This document shows, piece by piece, positions 37,547-51,112 of a stretch of 64,000 bases of DNA. The DNA comes from Podarcis liolepis (Eukaryota), in NCBI GenBank assembly GCA_965112155.1, contig OZ218099.1, one strand, 5' to 3'. The notes under the pieces are model-generated. The model did not search any database and was not told where the DNA came from. It saw only the letters and a list, made by a program, of their open reading frames with translations. Positions within the stretch are counted from its first letter, which is position 1. The number at the start of each line of letters is the position of its first letter. The translations under genes were made by a program, and so were the position numbers.

Positions 37547-40500
37547 CATGATAGAAATAAAAGAGAAAGGAAGATTTTGGTAGTCATGGCTGGGGGTGGG
37601 GGGCAATGTAGAAACCATACCAGGGTGAACACAAGCAGGCAATGCATTCAGATAGATGACAAGCATAGTAATATGCATTAATGTTCCCATAGGTATTAAT
37701 AATGGCTTTTAGAAATATAGAAAAGGAGGGGAAATAGCAAGACAGAAAGTGGTTCCATCAATAAATAAAGAGTAGATTATATGAATGACGACTCTAAAAT
37801 GACTGAACTCCTGAAGCTCATTTAAAGAAATCTCTTAGTAACTGAGCAAAATAAGGGGGGAAGATGTAAGGACTCAGGAAACTGGGCTGCCTCAGTGTAT
37901 GACATACTACTCACAGTACAGACAGCACGGGGACTCAGAATGGCTCTCATCCTGGCAGAGAAATAAGTTGTCTCTTTAAGATTGCTTTACTTTTAAAATT
38001 TGGCTGGAATTGTCCATGTTCCTATATGAATGTAGACCTTCACTAATTTTTGGATATTCACTGACCATCTGCAAAACAACTGGAGAGAACTGCCCCTATT
38101 CAGTTGCAAGCCCACAGCTTGCAGGGAGCCTGTGCCCAATTGACAAGGCCCATGTGTGAACTTGTTCTGTTTTTAAAAGCTCCTATGTGGTGACTGCAGT
38201 AGTAGCATCAGGTGAAAACTTGGGGTTAGGCCCTCTTCCAGCTGTCCTGGACTACAGCTCCCCATCGTTTCTGCCCATGAGCCATGTGGCTGGGGAAGAT
38301 GAGGAACTGTAATCCAAAATTTCTGGAGGGCACCAGATTAGGAAAGATTGTCTTAGAAAATGCTCAGGTTCTGAACTCTTTGTGTACCTGTGTGTAATCT
38401 GGGGTGACCCTTTCTAAGGTGGCTTGCAACGTAACAAAACAACTAGGGGACTGGAGAAGTCATATTTTTTTAATCAATGGATGTGGAGAACTTAAGTCTA
38501 AACTTAGTTGGATACCCACCCCTGTACAACAAGGGCCCCACAGCTTGTCTTTGGCTAAGCCTGATATTTGGACACAGGTCTCTCAAACTCATGACCAGTG
38601 TACTGCTCACAAAACCTCCCTCTTTCTGGAAACACAGCAACGGAGCATGGGCCTGTGATTGCCACTTGGCAAATCAATTACAAACAAGTGTCTTAGAGAA
38701 GTAGCTCAAGAGTTTCTTTCATGTCTTACCCTCTAGTCAGTTCTAGGTTGATATCAAGCAAGGTACATTGGCAGGACAACTGCCTAGCCAGTGTACAGGT
38801 AAAGCATTTGAATGGCAGAGAATAGGGGGTGGGGAGGTTGTCACCCTCTAGGTATCACTGGACTCCCAACTCCCATCAGCCCCAGTCAGCATGGACAAGG
38901 GCGAGGGATAACTGGAGTTGTTGTAGTCCACAGACATCTAATGCCCCACAGATTCTTCAACCCATGTTCTAAGAAGGAGTCAAGTGCCTATGATGGCCTA
39001 GTTAACAAACACGGCCTGATTTTGGAAGGTATGCATTTTCTAACCAATCAGAGATTCAGAAGTTTCAGTAAGGAGGACATGACCACAAAGCTATGCAATG
39101 TGGAGGTGTTACAAATGTCTGGCTGCCATCATCTCCATTGGAGAGCCAAGGGTATGACTGCCGCAAGTATTCCTCTTCCTGTCATTGCTGCTCTTGAAAA
39201 AGGCAAATGCTGGCTGTTCTGGGCCTTAAAATGCCAAGACTAAGAAAATCACAGCTTGTTCATTTGCTTGGTGACGCCTGGAACTATCATCCTCCCAGAG
39301 CATGGAAATTTAGAAAGTGTCAAGAAAATCCCTTGCCTACGTCAAAACAAGTCCTACCCATTTGGGCATCGCTAAGGGGTGGCGGCAATACATGGCTCTC
39401 TGTGCGACAGAAGAATCTTTGAATTATGAACTGGCAGAACAGTCAGCAAAGGAACTTCTTTCCCCATCACTGAATTAAAGCATTCAGCTATTTTCAGCAG
39501 TTTACACTTCTCACGAATAGGTTGAGCCAAGGAAAGCCAATGCTAATCGGCCGAGAGAACTGCAAATGTTTTGAAATGCTATGTGGATTAGGAGGAAAAG
39601 TCCAGATTTGGGGGGGCAGACATGAATTATTGTGTGTTGATACAAATAAATATTTTTTCCCCAGCTCAGCTTCTGGCTCCCGTCCAGTACACTGCAAATT
39701 CATTTTCTTTAAAAAAAAGAAAAAGAAAAATGAATAGCCTAGTGTGTTAACAAGTGCCTGATGAATGAGGAGAAACTGCCCTAAGGGGGTAGCCTTGAAA
39801 AATTGAACCTTCAATGGGAGCTGGTCTGTTCAAAATAGGCTGCATATATACATTCTCTGATTCACACTAAGGCTTTCTTATGGCATTTCGTTAATGGAAG
39901 GGGTAGTTTTTTAGTAATCTGCCTTCATTCTACACCCTGAATTTCTACCCAAAGGATTCATATTTTGCAGGCTCTTGGTTTTACCAGGAAATCATGATGA
40001 AACATACACACACGAACATAATATTTAAAGGCCAATAGGAATGAATTTCTTCTCAGATTTTATTTGCATTAACTGGTGACCGTGGGAGTAGGAATGAGAA
40101 ATTTCACTCATCTCCTCAAAACTTTTGAAATTCCCCATGTCATCAAATTCACTTCATTTCCCACTGTGGTCAAAATCTAGACACAACTAAAGGATTTGAG
40201 AAATTTGCTACTCATAGTGAAATATGGCTGTTGCAACACTTAGTGGAACTTTTTTCAGTTTCACTCAAGATCATGGTAATGTTTCGCCCGAAGAAAAGGC
40301 TCCAGATTTGTCTTCGGACGAGACAACTTTGGGATGTGCAAGATGACCATGAGAAATTTGGGTCATTTCAGTGGTAAACTTTTGGCTTTCCTTAATATTT
40401 CTCAGATGGTTCACCTGAGAAGTAAGTACCAAACTTGCATTGAGTTATACTTTAGCTAAATTTCAGTGACAACTCTTATGTTAAGGATTTTGCCTTTTTC

Positions 40501-40829
40501 TTTAGAATATGACACTGCTGGCTTGCTTTGCATGTATAATTTTCTGCACATATACCTCATCTTTAATATAGTGAGCACCCTTCAACTCAGAGCTTACAGC
40601 AAACTGCAACCTGAACAAAATAGATTAATCTGTAATATTTATTACTTTTTTAATCTCACCCTTCTTCTAAAGAGCTCAAAGTAGCACTTCATCCCCACAA
40701 AAACCTTGTGAGGAAGGTTAAGCTGAGATATTGTGCCTGATCCAAGGTCACCTGAGAACTTCACGATTGAGGAAGGATGCAGACCTGGGTTTTTCCTCAT
40801 CCTAACTCCTAAATTGCGCTGCCTCACTA

Positions 40830-41051
40830 CTGTCATACCTCCGCAAACGTCCACCCCCTCAATCATCCATTTTGGTGGACATCCACGGCAAACCCAGAAG
40901 TACCGGAACGGGTTACTTCCAGGTTTGCTGCTTCGCACATGTGTGAAAACTGCTCCACGTGCACGCGCAGAGTGACGCTCTATCAAGTGTCTCTTTCGTC
41001 AAGTGTCCGGGGCTCCGGAATGGATCCTGAACGCTCAACGAGGTACCACTG
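40830..41051. mobile_element. Tc1/pogo-type MITE, older
   Basis: Right end cgaggtaccactg|TA; degenerate left end ta|ctgtcatacctc. Confidence 0.6.
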
Positions 41052-41178
41052 TATTTATTTCATAGGGCTATTGGTGACACAACATCCTGTCTTGCTGTGG
41101 TGTGCAATGGATGGCCTAAAAATACTTCCAGAACCTAGAAAAGGAACACCTTACTCATGAATACCAGTCTTAGCAATA

Positions 41179-41419
41179 CAGTGGTACCTTGGTTTATGAA
41201 CTTAATCCATTCCGGAAGTCCGTTCTTAAACCAAAACCGTTCTTAAACTGAGGCACGCTTTCCCTAATGAGGCCTCCTGCCGCTGGTGCCCTTCCACTGT
41301 TCGGATTCCATTCTTAGGCCGAAGTAAAGTTCCCAAACCGGGACACTATTTCCAGTTCTCCAGAGTTTGTAAACCAAATCGTTCTTAAACCTGACTGTTC
41401 TTAAACCGAGGTACCATTG
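41179..41419. mobile_element. Tc1/pogo-type MITE
   Basis: TA|CAGTGGTACCTTGGTTTA ... TAAACCGAGGTACCATTG|TA. Confidence 0.85.
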
Positions 41420-43544
41420 TAGATCCAAAGGGCTTAAAATGGAGGAGAGGCTGCACTCCAGGATCTATTTTTAAGCTAAAATCCCCAATAAAGCTTACTC
41501 TAGAATAGACTAAGAGGTTTTGGGAGAAGCTTTTGGGAGCAAATGATTAAGAGTTCTTTGGCCATTTCCCATTAATAAAATTGCCATGTTTGGCAACAAA
41601 TATTATTTTTTCAATGCGTTCCTGAACCACAATAGATGTCTCAACTTCCAGACACAACATTAATTAATTCCATTCCCTCCCATTATGGTTTCTGTGGAAT
41701 AAGAAAGGTGTAAGGGAGAAGGTGCGAGTGATGTTCTCAGGTTCTCCCCTGGCTTGGTGTCATTCCTCGTCTTGTTGCAGACCTTTTCCTAACAACCTAC
41801 TGCACAGGCTTGTTCAATTATTTTCTGGGGCTTTTAGTAGTTTTCCTATTACTATCACAACTTCATAACAAAGATGAAACATTAAGTCATTCTGAACCCA
41901 AAATTAGACGGGAGGAACCTACTCTGCTCACAAAGCTGGAGAGGTTCTGGATTTTCTCAGACGTTACCTAAAGCAACTTTTTGCTGCACTCTGGCTGCCT
42001 TGTGTGGGAGGAGTAGCAAAGTATAAACTTTAATATATTAAACAAAAAAAGGACTTTAGAAGGTAAAGTAGGCCATGACAGACAGGCTGATAGAAATAAT
42101 GTCACTTACTTGTCAGCATATAGATAGTCCCGCCAGCATGCTAGGATTTATTTATTTTTAACGAAAACATGTGCAACTCAATTCCACCAATATGAAATCA
42201 TGCCCCTGCAGCAAAATAGGTAAAGCAAACATTAAAGCTCTCCCTAATCTGACCTTGGGTGTTCTCAGAACTATAAAAAGGATTATTTATGGAACCTCTG
42301 GATCAGTGATATAATAGCTTTACTATGCCTAATTACAATGCTCTGGAGTGAGATTACCCTTGTAAGTCAGTCACTCATACACTTAAATGCAGTTTCTCTG
42401 GCTGGAACATCAACATCGGGGACAGAGCGTTCACATTGTGAGAGAGCACAGTTGTAAATACAATTTTTCTAGTGACAAAAATTGTTTGAATTTGATGTTT
42501 CTGTTAACGTTTTACAATATTAAGTGTTCAAATTCAGTGCTGTGTTCACAGGTTAACTTATTTATTTATTTCTTAAGAAAATTATATTGATTGAGGCATT
42601 TTTAGTTGTATCTGTTTTAATTCATGTTGTGAGCCACCTTGGGTCCTGTACTTGGAGAAAGGAGGGATATAAATAATACAAAATAAATATAAAGCTTTGG
42701 GAAAATATTTTGTCAATGAAATGATCCACTGGAAAAAAACTTAAGATATTCTGCTGCACTGAAAGAGATGCATTATAAAAAGCAGGAAATTCAGTAAGAC
42801 TTGAGGCCTGTGTCACAGAATGATAGAGCAACTGGGCTGAATGCAAGTATAGATGTAATAAGATAAATAGAGATTCTTAGGTCATATTTCTCCAGTGATA
42901 ATTATCAAGCAATACCTTGGTTGCTTAAAATCTCCATTGCAGGTCAGCTATCACAGACTGAGCCTTCTCATCACATGAATGATGGTAATAGGAGGCATAC
43001 TGGGATACGATAAGCTTATCATGCGCTAGCAGCCACTCAAACAGCGAGTTCAATTCATCCTAAAATATGGATGGATAAAATATGTCGATGAAGTTGGATA
43101 AAAAGCAAGGAGGGACAGAGTCGATGCAGACAGAGGTCAGTGGATGAACTGTATTAGGACATGAATGGAGTGCATTTGGACAGGGCTGGATAGATATAGA
43201 GTGCCCATGGGTAAACGGATGAAACATATGCAGAGAGGAATGGATGGATAAGATGCAGTTATGGATGTATTAATAGATTCAGATAGAGTGCATGCTGGTG
43301 AAAATGGATAGACGGGCTGTTTGAAAATCAAGATGGAGGGATTTATAGGTCTTTTTGAAACCGTAAGCAGACATATTTGGAGACGCTTGAATCAAAGCAG
43401 TTTTGGGGGTGCGGGAAGTTACCCTCATCCAAAGCAATAAATCTTAATATCAATAGTATTCGGTGGTGCCATGAGCCTTTATTTTACATTTAAACATTCT
43501 ACTTTGGCTCTCACACCCACCCACTCACTCACTCAAGCCACCCA

Positions 43545-43870
43545 CAACCTCTGCTGAGCGGTAGCAAGATTCCAGGGGGTTCCAGGCACTCACACAGAGT
43601 TGTGTTTCTGTTGGGGAATCAAGGCACAGCAGAGACGAGTGTCTTTAAGAAATATGGTTTGTTTTACTCATATTGACACCTAGAGCCTTCAGTGGAGGGG
43701 GTGCAGAACATGACACCCCAACTGTGTCTCTCATAGCTTCAGCAAGCTTGGGCCCAGAGCAACAGCCAGTCATGGACCCCAGCCTCTTGGTGACCCCCTC
43801 CAGACAGCGCCACAAGGAACTCTCCCTCCTTTTTGTTCCCAGGACACCTTGCCAAAAAGCCTCTGAGTAA
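43545..43870 (-). mobile_element. Possible LTR fragment
   Basis: Composition resembles squamate LTR ends (ggcacagcagagacgagtgtcttt..tggtttgttttactc); no TSD established. Confidence 0.3.
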
Positions 43871-46800
43871 AACAGTAGTTCTCATCATTTTTTTTCTCTA
43901 GGCCACACTTTCAGAATAAAAATTTGCTTGCGCCACAGCAATTTTTTTATTGGTAGGAAATACATGGGGGAGGAGAGTGGGAAACAAAAGTCCTAGCAGT
44001 GCTTGGTTTTGAAAAGATACCTATCCATATTCTGTAAAAAAAATATAAATAAAAATTTGATACTCTACTATACCATGCTACACTGAAATGTTTAAATGTT
44101 TCTTTGATTGCCCTTAAATTGTCCCGCCACATTTGCCATCCTCTCCTGCCATACCACTGTGGTGTACCACACCCTTTGAGAACTACTGGTGTAAAAGAAC
44201 AACTTTTTTCCTATGTGACATCAGGCCCAAGTTGCCCTGGCAACCTCCCCCCCCACTCCCATAGGGTTACCTGTAGGGTCTTTTGCCTTGTAGATGACAT
44301 CATCTCCCTCTGCCCCTCTGTCTGGCAGGAAATGACAGGCAGAAAAAGCAAGCTCAGCCTGTCAGCTCTGATTAAAACCCAGCACCCAAGAATCTAGATG
44401 GGAAAATCTGGTACCCAGAGATCTGGGGGATCCCTTTCCCCCCACCAACCCATAACAATACATACTTAGCAGACCAGACCAGAAGAACAGAACTACAGCT
44501 ATGCAATGTCTCCAGTGCTACATCCCACCATTGAACTAAATTGCCTGGCAGTTACTTTGATAACCTTTTACACATCACTTAGGAAATGAAACAGCAGGTA
44601 CCCCCACCCCACTCCACTATTTATTTTGCACTTAGGTTTTTTTAAACCCTGCATTGGAAAGTATGCCAAGTCTCAGTGGGGTGCTAACATCAGTGACAAA
44701 TTATATGAAGCACACATGTATTTTTATGGTAGGACTTAGCATCATTTTCTGACAACAAATCTATCTAGTAAAGACTCTTGCTGGTGTTTTATCTCACGAA
44801 CAATATACAGCCCCCAGATTTGTCTTTTATCGTATTAAGTCATTACATTTGAATATTTTTTGGAATTCATTTAAAATGTTTAAATACTGGTGGCCATCAA
44901 GTGCAACGTACAATGGCAATGCAGAATACAATAGAGAATTGTACAATACAAAATATGATAACATTAAACTTTTGCATTCTTTGCGAATCAAAACCCACAT
45001 CCACTTGATATTGCATTGATACTATATTTGCAGTTGTATTAGACTGCAGAAACCTAATTAAGCCACCACTGTCATATTTATGATTTGAACTAATAGGAAA
45101 AAGGACTGTGTAATATTTTTAATACATAGGTATAATTAACATTAATAGGGCTCAATTTGTTAAATATTGCATCATCCTGAAGCAGCAGACCAGTATGTCT
45201 TGTTTATATAGCAGCCAGTGAAACATGAAGAATAAAAAAAACTATGCATCACAGCAATTCACTGGGTAAAATTTAGACTTCCTAGAAATATTGTTTAAAC
45301 GATGTCTGGTCTTGAACTCTAGTAGAATGTTAGTCCAGAGCCAAACAGGAAACCGAAAATGTATTACAGAATGAAGTTCAATGTTGGAAGATTCAGAAGA
45401 GACAAAAGAAAGTGCTTCTTCACACAGCATATAGCTAACCTATGGAATTTGTACCCAACAATGAAGTGATGGCCACCAACTAGGGTGGCTTTAAAAGAAG
45501 GAGACTGGCCGTGATGGCTCTGTTCTGTCTCCACTGTCATAGGCTGTGCTGGCTGAGGCTCACGGAGCTGCAGTACAAAACAGCTAGAAGGCAAAAGCTT
45601 AGAGAAGGATGCCCTAGCCATTTTAGTACAGAATGAATAAGGGGAAACATGCAAGCAATATTCTAGCTATTGGCTATCTAGCTATTGGGCCCAGAGGCTA
45701 ATGGTTGATGTGACATCAAAGACAAGTGATTGCATTTCCAATGCCTTAAAAAAACAAAAAACCCTAAAAGCAGCCATAGCATCCTCCAACCCGTTTGGAT
45801 CAGAACCATGGTGCTTGCAGGATTTAACCCTACCACCTTCTTTCAGAGCACTGATGCAAATAGTCAATGTCAGCAAACAGTTGCTATTAGCCATGAAAGC
45901 GGGAAAAATACGGACCTAATGAGTTTGTATTGCACCTATATTACCCTCTCCATATCCCTCTATGGCAAATAGCAACTTTGTGGGTGTGTGGCTTGAATTG
46001 GGGCTGCCGCAGCATGGGGAAGAATTAAGAACGCCTTCATCCACATGGTCCTGATCCAAACTGGAGCAGTCATGGCTTCTTTCAGCCAACTGGCCAGCCA
46101 ATCAAGATGCTGGGAAGAAAGGAGTGTAACCTCCTAGAAGCCCTTCTTCAGCAGCCAAGAGGAGGACTGTATGGCACCAATCATAGTGGAGGATTGGCAG
46201 ACGGAAGGGAGTGATGAACCTCTTTCATGCCCCCGCCCTTGAATTAATCTTCAGCAACAATTTTGAGTGGAAAAACAGTCCAGGGGGAAGGGAAGCGTTA
46301 AGCATCTCCTACTCATGCATCAGTCTTCTCCTATGATTGGTGCTAGGCTTTTGTTCCTTTGGCATTTATAGCACAGCTTTTGTCACAGAGCTATATGCCT
46401 TGCACCAAACTAAATGCTACCCATAGGCTATACATTGTGGTCTTTCATTTATCGGACTCCCTCCTTTCATGACTATCTTGGAAAGACAGTAAAAAGAGGC
46501 AGTTTACCGAGATCCTGATGAGCTAGCACAAATCAGTGAGGGTATGTTTTTAGCTTTGTAGGTAACATGCATTTATTACAGTTATAGAAAAGTGTATTTT
46601 TCATTATTTCTATTGGAACTGTTCTTTGGAGGGGGGGGGGAAGCCAACTGCCTCTCAACAAGGAATCGTTTCAGCACTTAATTGTTGATGAATGTGAGGA
46701 ATGTCCAAATAAACTACAGGCTCCAGTGGGGAAAGGTTATTCAAGGTTCCCAGCTTTTTCTTTTGCTTCCAACATTCTACTATAAAGTCAGAAAAGTCCC

Positions 46801-48099
46801 CAGTCCAGTTCAAAACTCTCTAGGGAAGGTAAATGCCAAAGCCTCCAGCCTGTCTATAATTCTGAAACCAAAACTCGGTTACTTGGCTGTCCAAAAGAAA
46901 GAAGCTTCTGAATATTTCTCAGCCTGAGTTTCTTCAGGGAATTTCACAGCAACATCTCACACCACAACCACCAACACAGTATAAACATCCTAGTGTCCAA
47001 CAAAAATCGCAGTTGTGGGATAAAAGAAGGCACTAAGGGTCAAGCTACATGTGACTGACAGCTGTGTGTAACTGTTGCCTTGTCTGCAGCTGTGGGAGGT
47101 TGTAGTCTTGAGCAATGGGTGGTGGGGAGGTGCTTAACCCTTTTTCTTGAGTGATCTGCCTGTTCTCAGTTCTCAGTTGCTCCAGCCATGAACAGTTTTT
47201 ATCTCAGCAAGAAGGTAGCAGTAGTCTTGAAGGAAGCAGCACTGTGTTGGCCTGGGCAGAATTGCAGTCCACTCTAAATGCACACTTAGATGGATTAAAC
47301 AAGCTGATATGTACAACATTCCACTAACCGCCCTTCTTGGTTTTTGTCATCAGGAGGTGAAATATTGCCTTTTGTGATCCAGAGAGTAAAGAGGGTGGGA
47401 TTTTCCTACTTTTGACTAGCAGGGATGCCTCTATTCGCATGCTCACTGGCTGTGGTACCTAACTCCCAGCCTGAAATCCATTCCTGTCTAGAGCTTGGCT
47501 CAAACTAGCTCATTCTGGCATGTAAGTGGTATGTAAACAAATGAATAAACAACCATCAATAACAACGATCTGTTCCTATGAAACAGAATTGATCCAGGAC
47601 GTTTAAACATGTCAGTTTTTCTGTGGAATTGCTGGTTGAGCAGCACCAACCCTACCATCAAACATCTGCCTGGAAGCACCCTATCTCTTGGTTTTAGGTA
47701 CTTTGCAGGATAGAAAATAATGTGCGCTGCCATCCTATATTATTTATAGACGTTGCTGACAAGACCGTCAACGCAAAACACAGCAGCGTGGTCGGCCCGC
47801 TTTTCTCCCACGATGTCCTTAACATCAGGGACAGAAGTTCAACAGGCGCAGCTTCGCTTTCTCCCGCTGGCCAGGAGCCACTGCTACCCTCCCTGAGGCT
47901 GAAGCATATATGGAGACACCGGGCACGAAGAGGGTCCCGCTCTGCACCACCGCAGCGCCTGCGCTTCTAGCAAAGCACCTGCCAGGTGTAGCGCGCGACC
48001 TCCGCCCGTTCTTTCCCCCCGCCGCGCGCGCCTAGGCTTAAAACGTGACTTTCTCCAGCCGCGCGCGCCGAACTCGCTCACCTCCCGGAAGTCCCGCCT

Positions 48100-48265
48100 T
48101 AGCTCCGCGGAAGTGAAGCGGAACCCGGAGGGCGGCCGGGTGGCAATCATGCCGGGCAAGATGGCGGCGCCCACGGAACCGTGCTGAGGGGAACGAAGGG
48201 CAGGGCGGGCACCGAGTCCCGCTCTCTGCCCTTCCTACGTCGCGCACCGCCTCGGGCTCCCGCAG
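48100..48265 (+). other. COX10: COX10 exon 1 (5' end approximate; contains no in-frame ATG)
   Basis: Lies in the CpG island after the ETS/NRF1 sites. Donor CCCGCAG|gtacca at 48265/48266 is phase 1 in the frame that continues into exon 2, like mammalian exon 1 (..RLLT G|). Confidence 0.65.
48149..48187 (+). promoter_or_regulatory. uORF MPGKMAAPTEPC* in the COX10 5' leader
   Basis: ATGs at 48149 and 48161 (AAGATGG, strong Kozak context) share a frame that ends at TGA 48185-48187, out of frame with the COX10 CDS. Confidence 0.65.
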
Positions 48266-48504
48266 GTACCAAAGGGAAGTTGGGAGGAAAAACCTCGGGG
48301 AGTTTTTGCCCCTTCCGTCGGGGCGGGAGAAGAAGGGAGGGGAGGGGAGGGACTCTTAGGTGCCAAAATAAGGCGAGAAGGGGCAGCGCCTTTTCGGAAG
48401 GTGCCAGAGAAGGAATGGCTCTCTCCTCCGGGCTTCTCTGCCTGTCGCCTCTCCTCTTTACACGGCTGCTTCTGCTCCCGTGTGTTCGGAAGGGCGACTC
48501 TAGG

Positions 48505-48672
48505 TCATAGGAACCTGCCTTGCCCCGTGCCAGACTGTGGCACTGCTTACTAAATGTTATGTGAGGTGCCTGTCAGTGGCTTTCCAGCATTTCAGGCAAG
48601 GCCTTCCCTTATCCCTACCTCGGCATCTGAACCTGGGACCTTCTACGTGCAAAGCAGAGGCACTGCCCGCTG
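48505..48672 (-). mobile_element. Degraded SINE at the 3' edge of the CpG island
   Basis: cataggaacctgcctt..ccagac.. and tgaacctgggaccttctacgtgcaaagcaga..actgccc (B-box region). Confidence 0.55.
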
Positions 48673-48888
48673 AACAGAAGCGGAGTGATCGTAAAAGAAA
48701 CCGAGCCGAAAGAGTGAGCAGCTAGTCCAAAGCAGTCTTCTCCCAACAATGCTATAGATATGATTGCTTTTCCTAAATGGAAAGGGTTTGCTTTAGGGGT
48801 TCCAAGGCATGTATGCTTGATTACTGAGCTGAAGCCGGTGTTGTTGGCTACAGCTTCTGTTTCATGGTACAAGCCTGTGGTAACTTCT

Positions 48889-49016
48889 NNNNNNNNNNNN
48901 NNNNNNNNNNNNNNNNNNNNNNNNNNNNNNNNNNNNNNNNNNNNNNNNNNNNNNNNNNNNNNNNNNNNNNNNNNNNNNNNNNNNNNNNNNNNNNNNNNNN
49001 NNNNNNNNNNNNNNNN
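48889..49016. other. Assembly gap (128 N) in COX10 intron 1
   Basis: Run of N; abuts an L2 3'-end fragment. Confidence 0.99.
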
Positions 49017-49049
49017 AGCAGCCCCCCATTCTCTTCTGCCGTGTTTGCT

Positions 49050-49175
49050 GACAACACCACCACCACCCCACCCGTCTGGCTGACTTGCCCCATCCACTCT
49101 GGGTGGCTTCTACCACGTATAAAAACATAATGAAACGTTAAACATTAAAAACTTCCCAATACAGGGCTGCCTCCA
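49050..49175 (-). mobile_element. L2 3' end fragment next to the gap
   Basis: cccgtctggctgacttgccccatccactctgggtggcttc...aaacttcccaatacagggctgcc matches the 8065 family. Confidence 0.65.
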
Positions 49176-51112
49176 GTAAAAAGTGCAACTTGCTAAAAAG
49201 CATAACTTGCTGGGGTTTTTGTTACTATAGGCAAGGTGAGAAAAATCTTTCTCTGCTTACACACTCTTCTTCAATTATTTTCCTATACTGTACTATCTTA
49301 GTTGAACAAAAATAAAAGATGGTGGCAAGGATACACAGGGAAAGAAGGTGCATTCATTTCAGTTGTATGTTTTAAGGCTTATGTTTAGTGGGAGGTGAAG
49401 ACTAAAGGGCTGTGTCTAAGACCTCAAGAAGGATTTTTGAGGGGGTTGGCAGAATGGAGAGTCACACCATCCCTTAAAGTTCTGGAAGACAGTTTAGGGT
49501 ACAAGGGGGCAATAAGACACAAAGGGTGGATAGTTTTGAGGGAGCTGAGATCCTTTGGATGGTCTGTGGTGATGGAACAACAGGTTTAAAGGTCAGTGTC
49601 AGAGATCTCTTGGGATATGAAAATGCAAGATTAGCAGGGTAAGGTCAAGGAGGATTTGAAAGAAAGATTTGTGTGGATCTGAAAGTAGATAAGACATTGG
49701 CAGTGGATGTTGTTCAGTGGTGGAGAACATCCTTTGCATTACAGAATACCCTAAATTCAGTCCCTGGCATAGTTGGTTAAACCACACTGGGAATTGTAGC
49801 TGTTTGAAAGGAAGAGGGGTAACAGCTCTCATATGATTTGACCCTGGTATAAGACAGTTTCCTATTTTCCTTAAGAAGGGGTGTTACATGGAGGTAAATG
49901 AAAATGTTGGCAGAGTTCTATGCAGAAATATGGCAGTGAAGAAAGCTTCAGGCACTTAGACTTACTAGTGTCTCTTTTTCAAGACTGTAGTTAATGTTGT
50001 GATGGGGAGAAATGAGCTTCAGTTCTCTAAGTGAATTCCCTGGTGCACTGGGAATTTGGATGCTGCACACCTTCCTTAGTGACTTTTCCCCTTTGGCCTC
50101 ACGTGTTTCTTTAAAATATGTTGATTCTTTTATATATTATCTAGACAATGTATCCCTTGCCCTTTCAGTATTTCAGTTGCTTAGCGTGACTTGCAACAAT
50201 TAAAACAAAACCATCCCCTACAATAAAAGTTTAAACAACAGCATAAAAATGGAAACAGGTTCAGCAAGTTCAGGGGTTTTGTGATGGAGAGAGAGAAAAT
50301 GTTTTACTATGTAGAAGTATTTAAGTTTTCTTTACATTCTCCTTGTTCTCTCCTTTAAATGTGTATATGACTAAAGGTTCCCCCCCCCTCTTCACCGTGG
50401 ATTTATGTTACTTTCTTTTCAACTCAAGATTTGTGTTCCTTTGAGAGAATATGCACTTTTCCTAGTTAAAATAATGTGTGTTAATAGGCATACTTTATCT
50501 GAGTAACTTGTGCAAGCATACAAAAAAGCATGTTAAATAAATGAAATTGTTTGTTCCAGACATAGAAGCTACTTTTTAGTGAGCATTCAATGGAATTGTG
50601 ATGTGTCGACTTGACAAACTGAAGCACGTACACCAGGCTCATAAACATTGCTTTAGTGTTTGCCTTTATTGTCATGAGACTTTTTACTGTGACAATTAAA
50701 AATGAAGTTTTATGGTTGTCTTATATCATAGTTGTAGTTTTTAAGATCTGTAATAAACACACACATTGCAGCTGGTGCAAAAACCAGAAATGTTCTCCTG
50801 ATGTGAATGTTCAACTCTGGTGCTATTTTAATGGGCAATACCTACTTTTAAGTAAATATTCCATTTTGTTGATGCTTGTCTAGTTATAAACAGTTTTATA
50901 GCCAATGGCAGTAGCAGGAGTGGAAAAGATTAGCTTGATCGGTTGTTTGAAAGGAAACACTGAATGACTTCCCCTTGGATTTTGCAAGGATTTTTTGTTT
51001 TATGCTTTGTTTTCATTTGCATCTTTTCCTGCTGATGAAACTGAAAATTTGTAATAGTTTTCAATCTAATTTCTATTGTAAGTAAATTCAGACTTTTCCC
51101 CCTTACTTGTAG

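Larger units (their letters stand above)
47750..48500 (+). promoter_or_regulatory. CpG-island promoter of COX10 with NRF1, Sp1, tandem ETS/GABP and YY1 motifs
   Basis: The most extended CpG-dense stretch in the window. GCGCCTGCGC 47955-47964 (NRF1-like), CCGCCC 48002-48007, CCGGAAGT 48085-48092, GCGGAAGTG 48107-48115, CAAGATGGCGGC 48157-48168 (YY1). No TATA box seen. Confidence 0.9.

Noticed and set aside
1-47700. Remaining 60-150 aa ORFs upstream of COX10 (for example 5931-6341, 15094-15555, 29198-29608, 38812-39243)
   Set aside because: No recognisable domains or consistent splice structure; many start at non-ATG codons or run through microsatellites and TEs. No HS3ST3 exon was recognised.
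47722-48247. ORFs 47722-47970, 47884-48174 and 48038-48247 as genes
   Set aside because: Arg/Ala/Gly-rich by-products of the CpG island with no recognisable homology.
48415-48510. ATG-initiated MALSSGLLCLSPLLFTRLLLLPC.. as the true COX10 first coding exon
   Set aside because: It hits TAG at 48508. The nearby AG|GTCATA donor is phase 2, incompatible with the phase-1 exon 2, and the phase-1 GTGTTC alternative is very weak.
48615-49130. ORFs containing X runs
   Set aside because: Artefacts of translating through the N gap.
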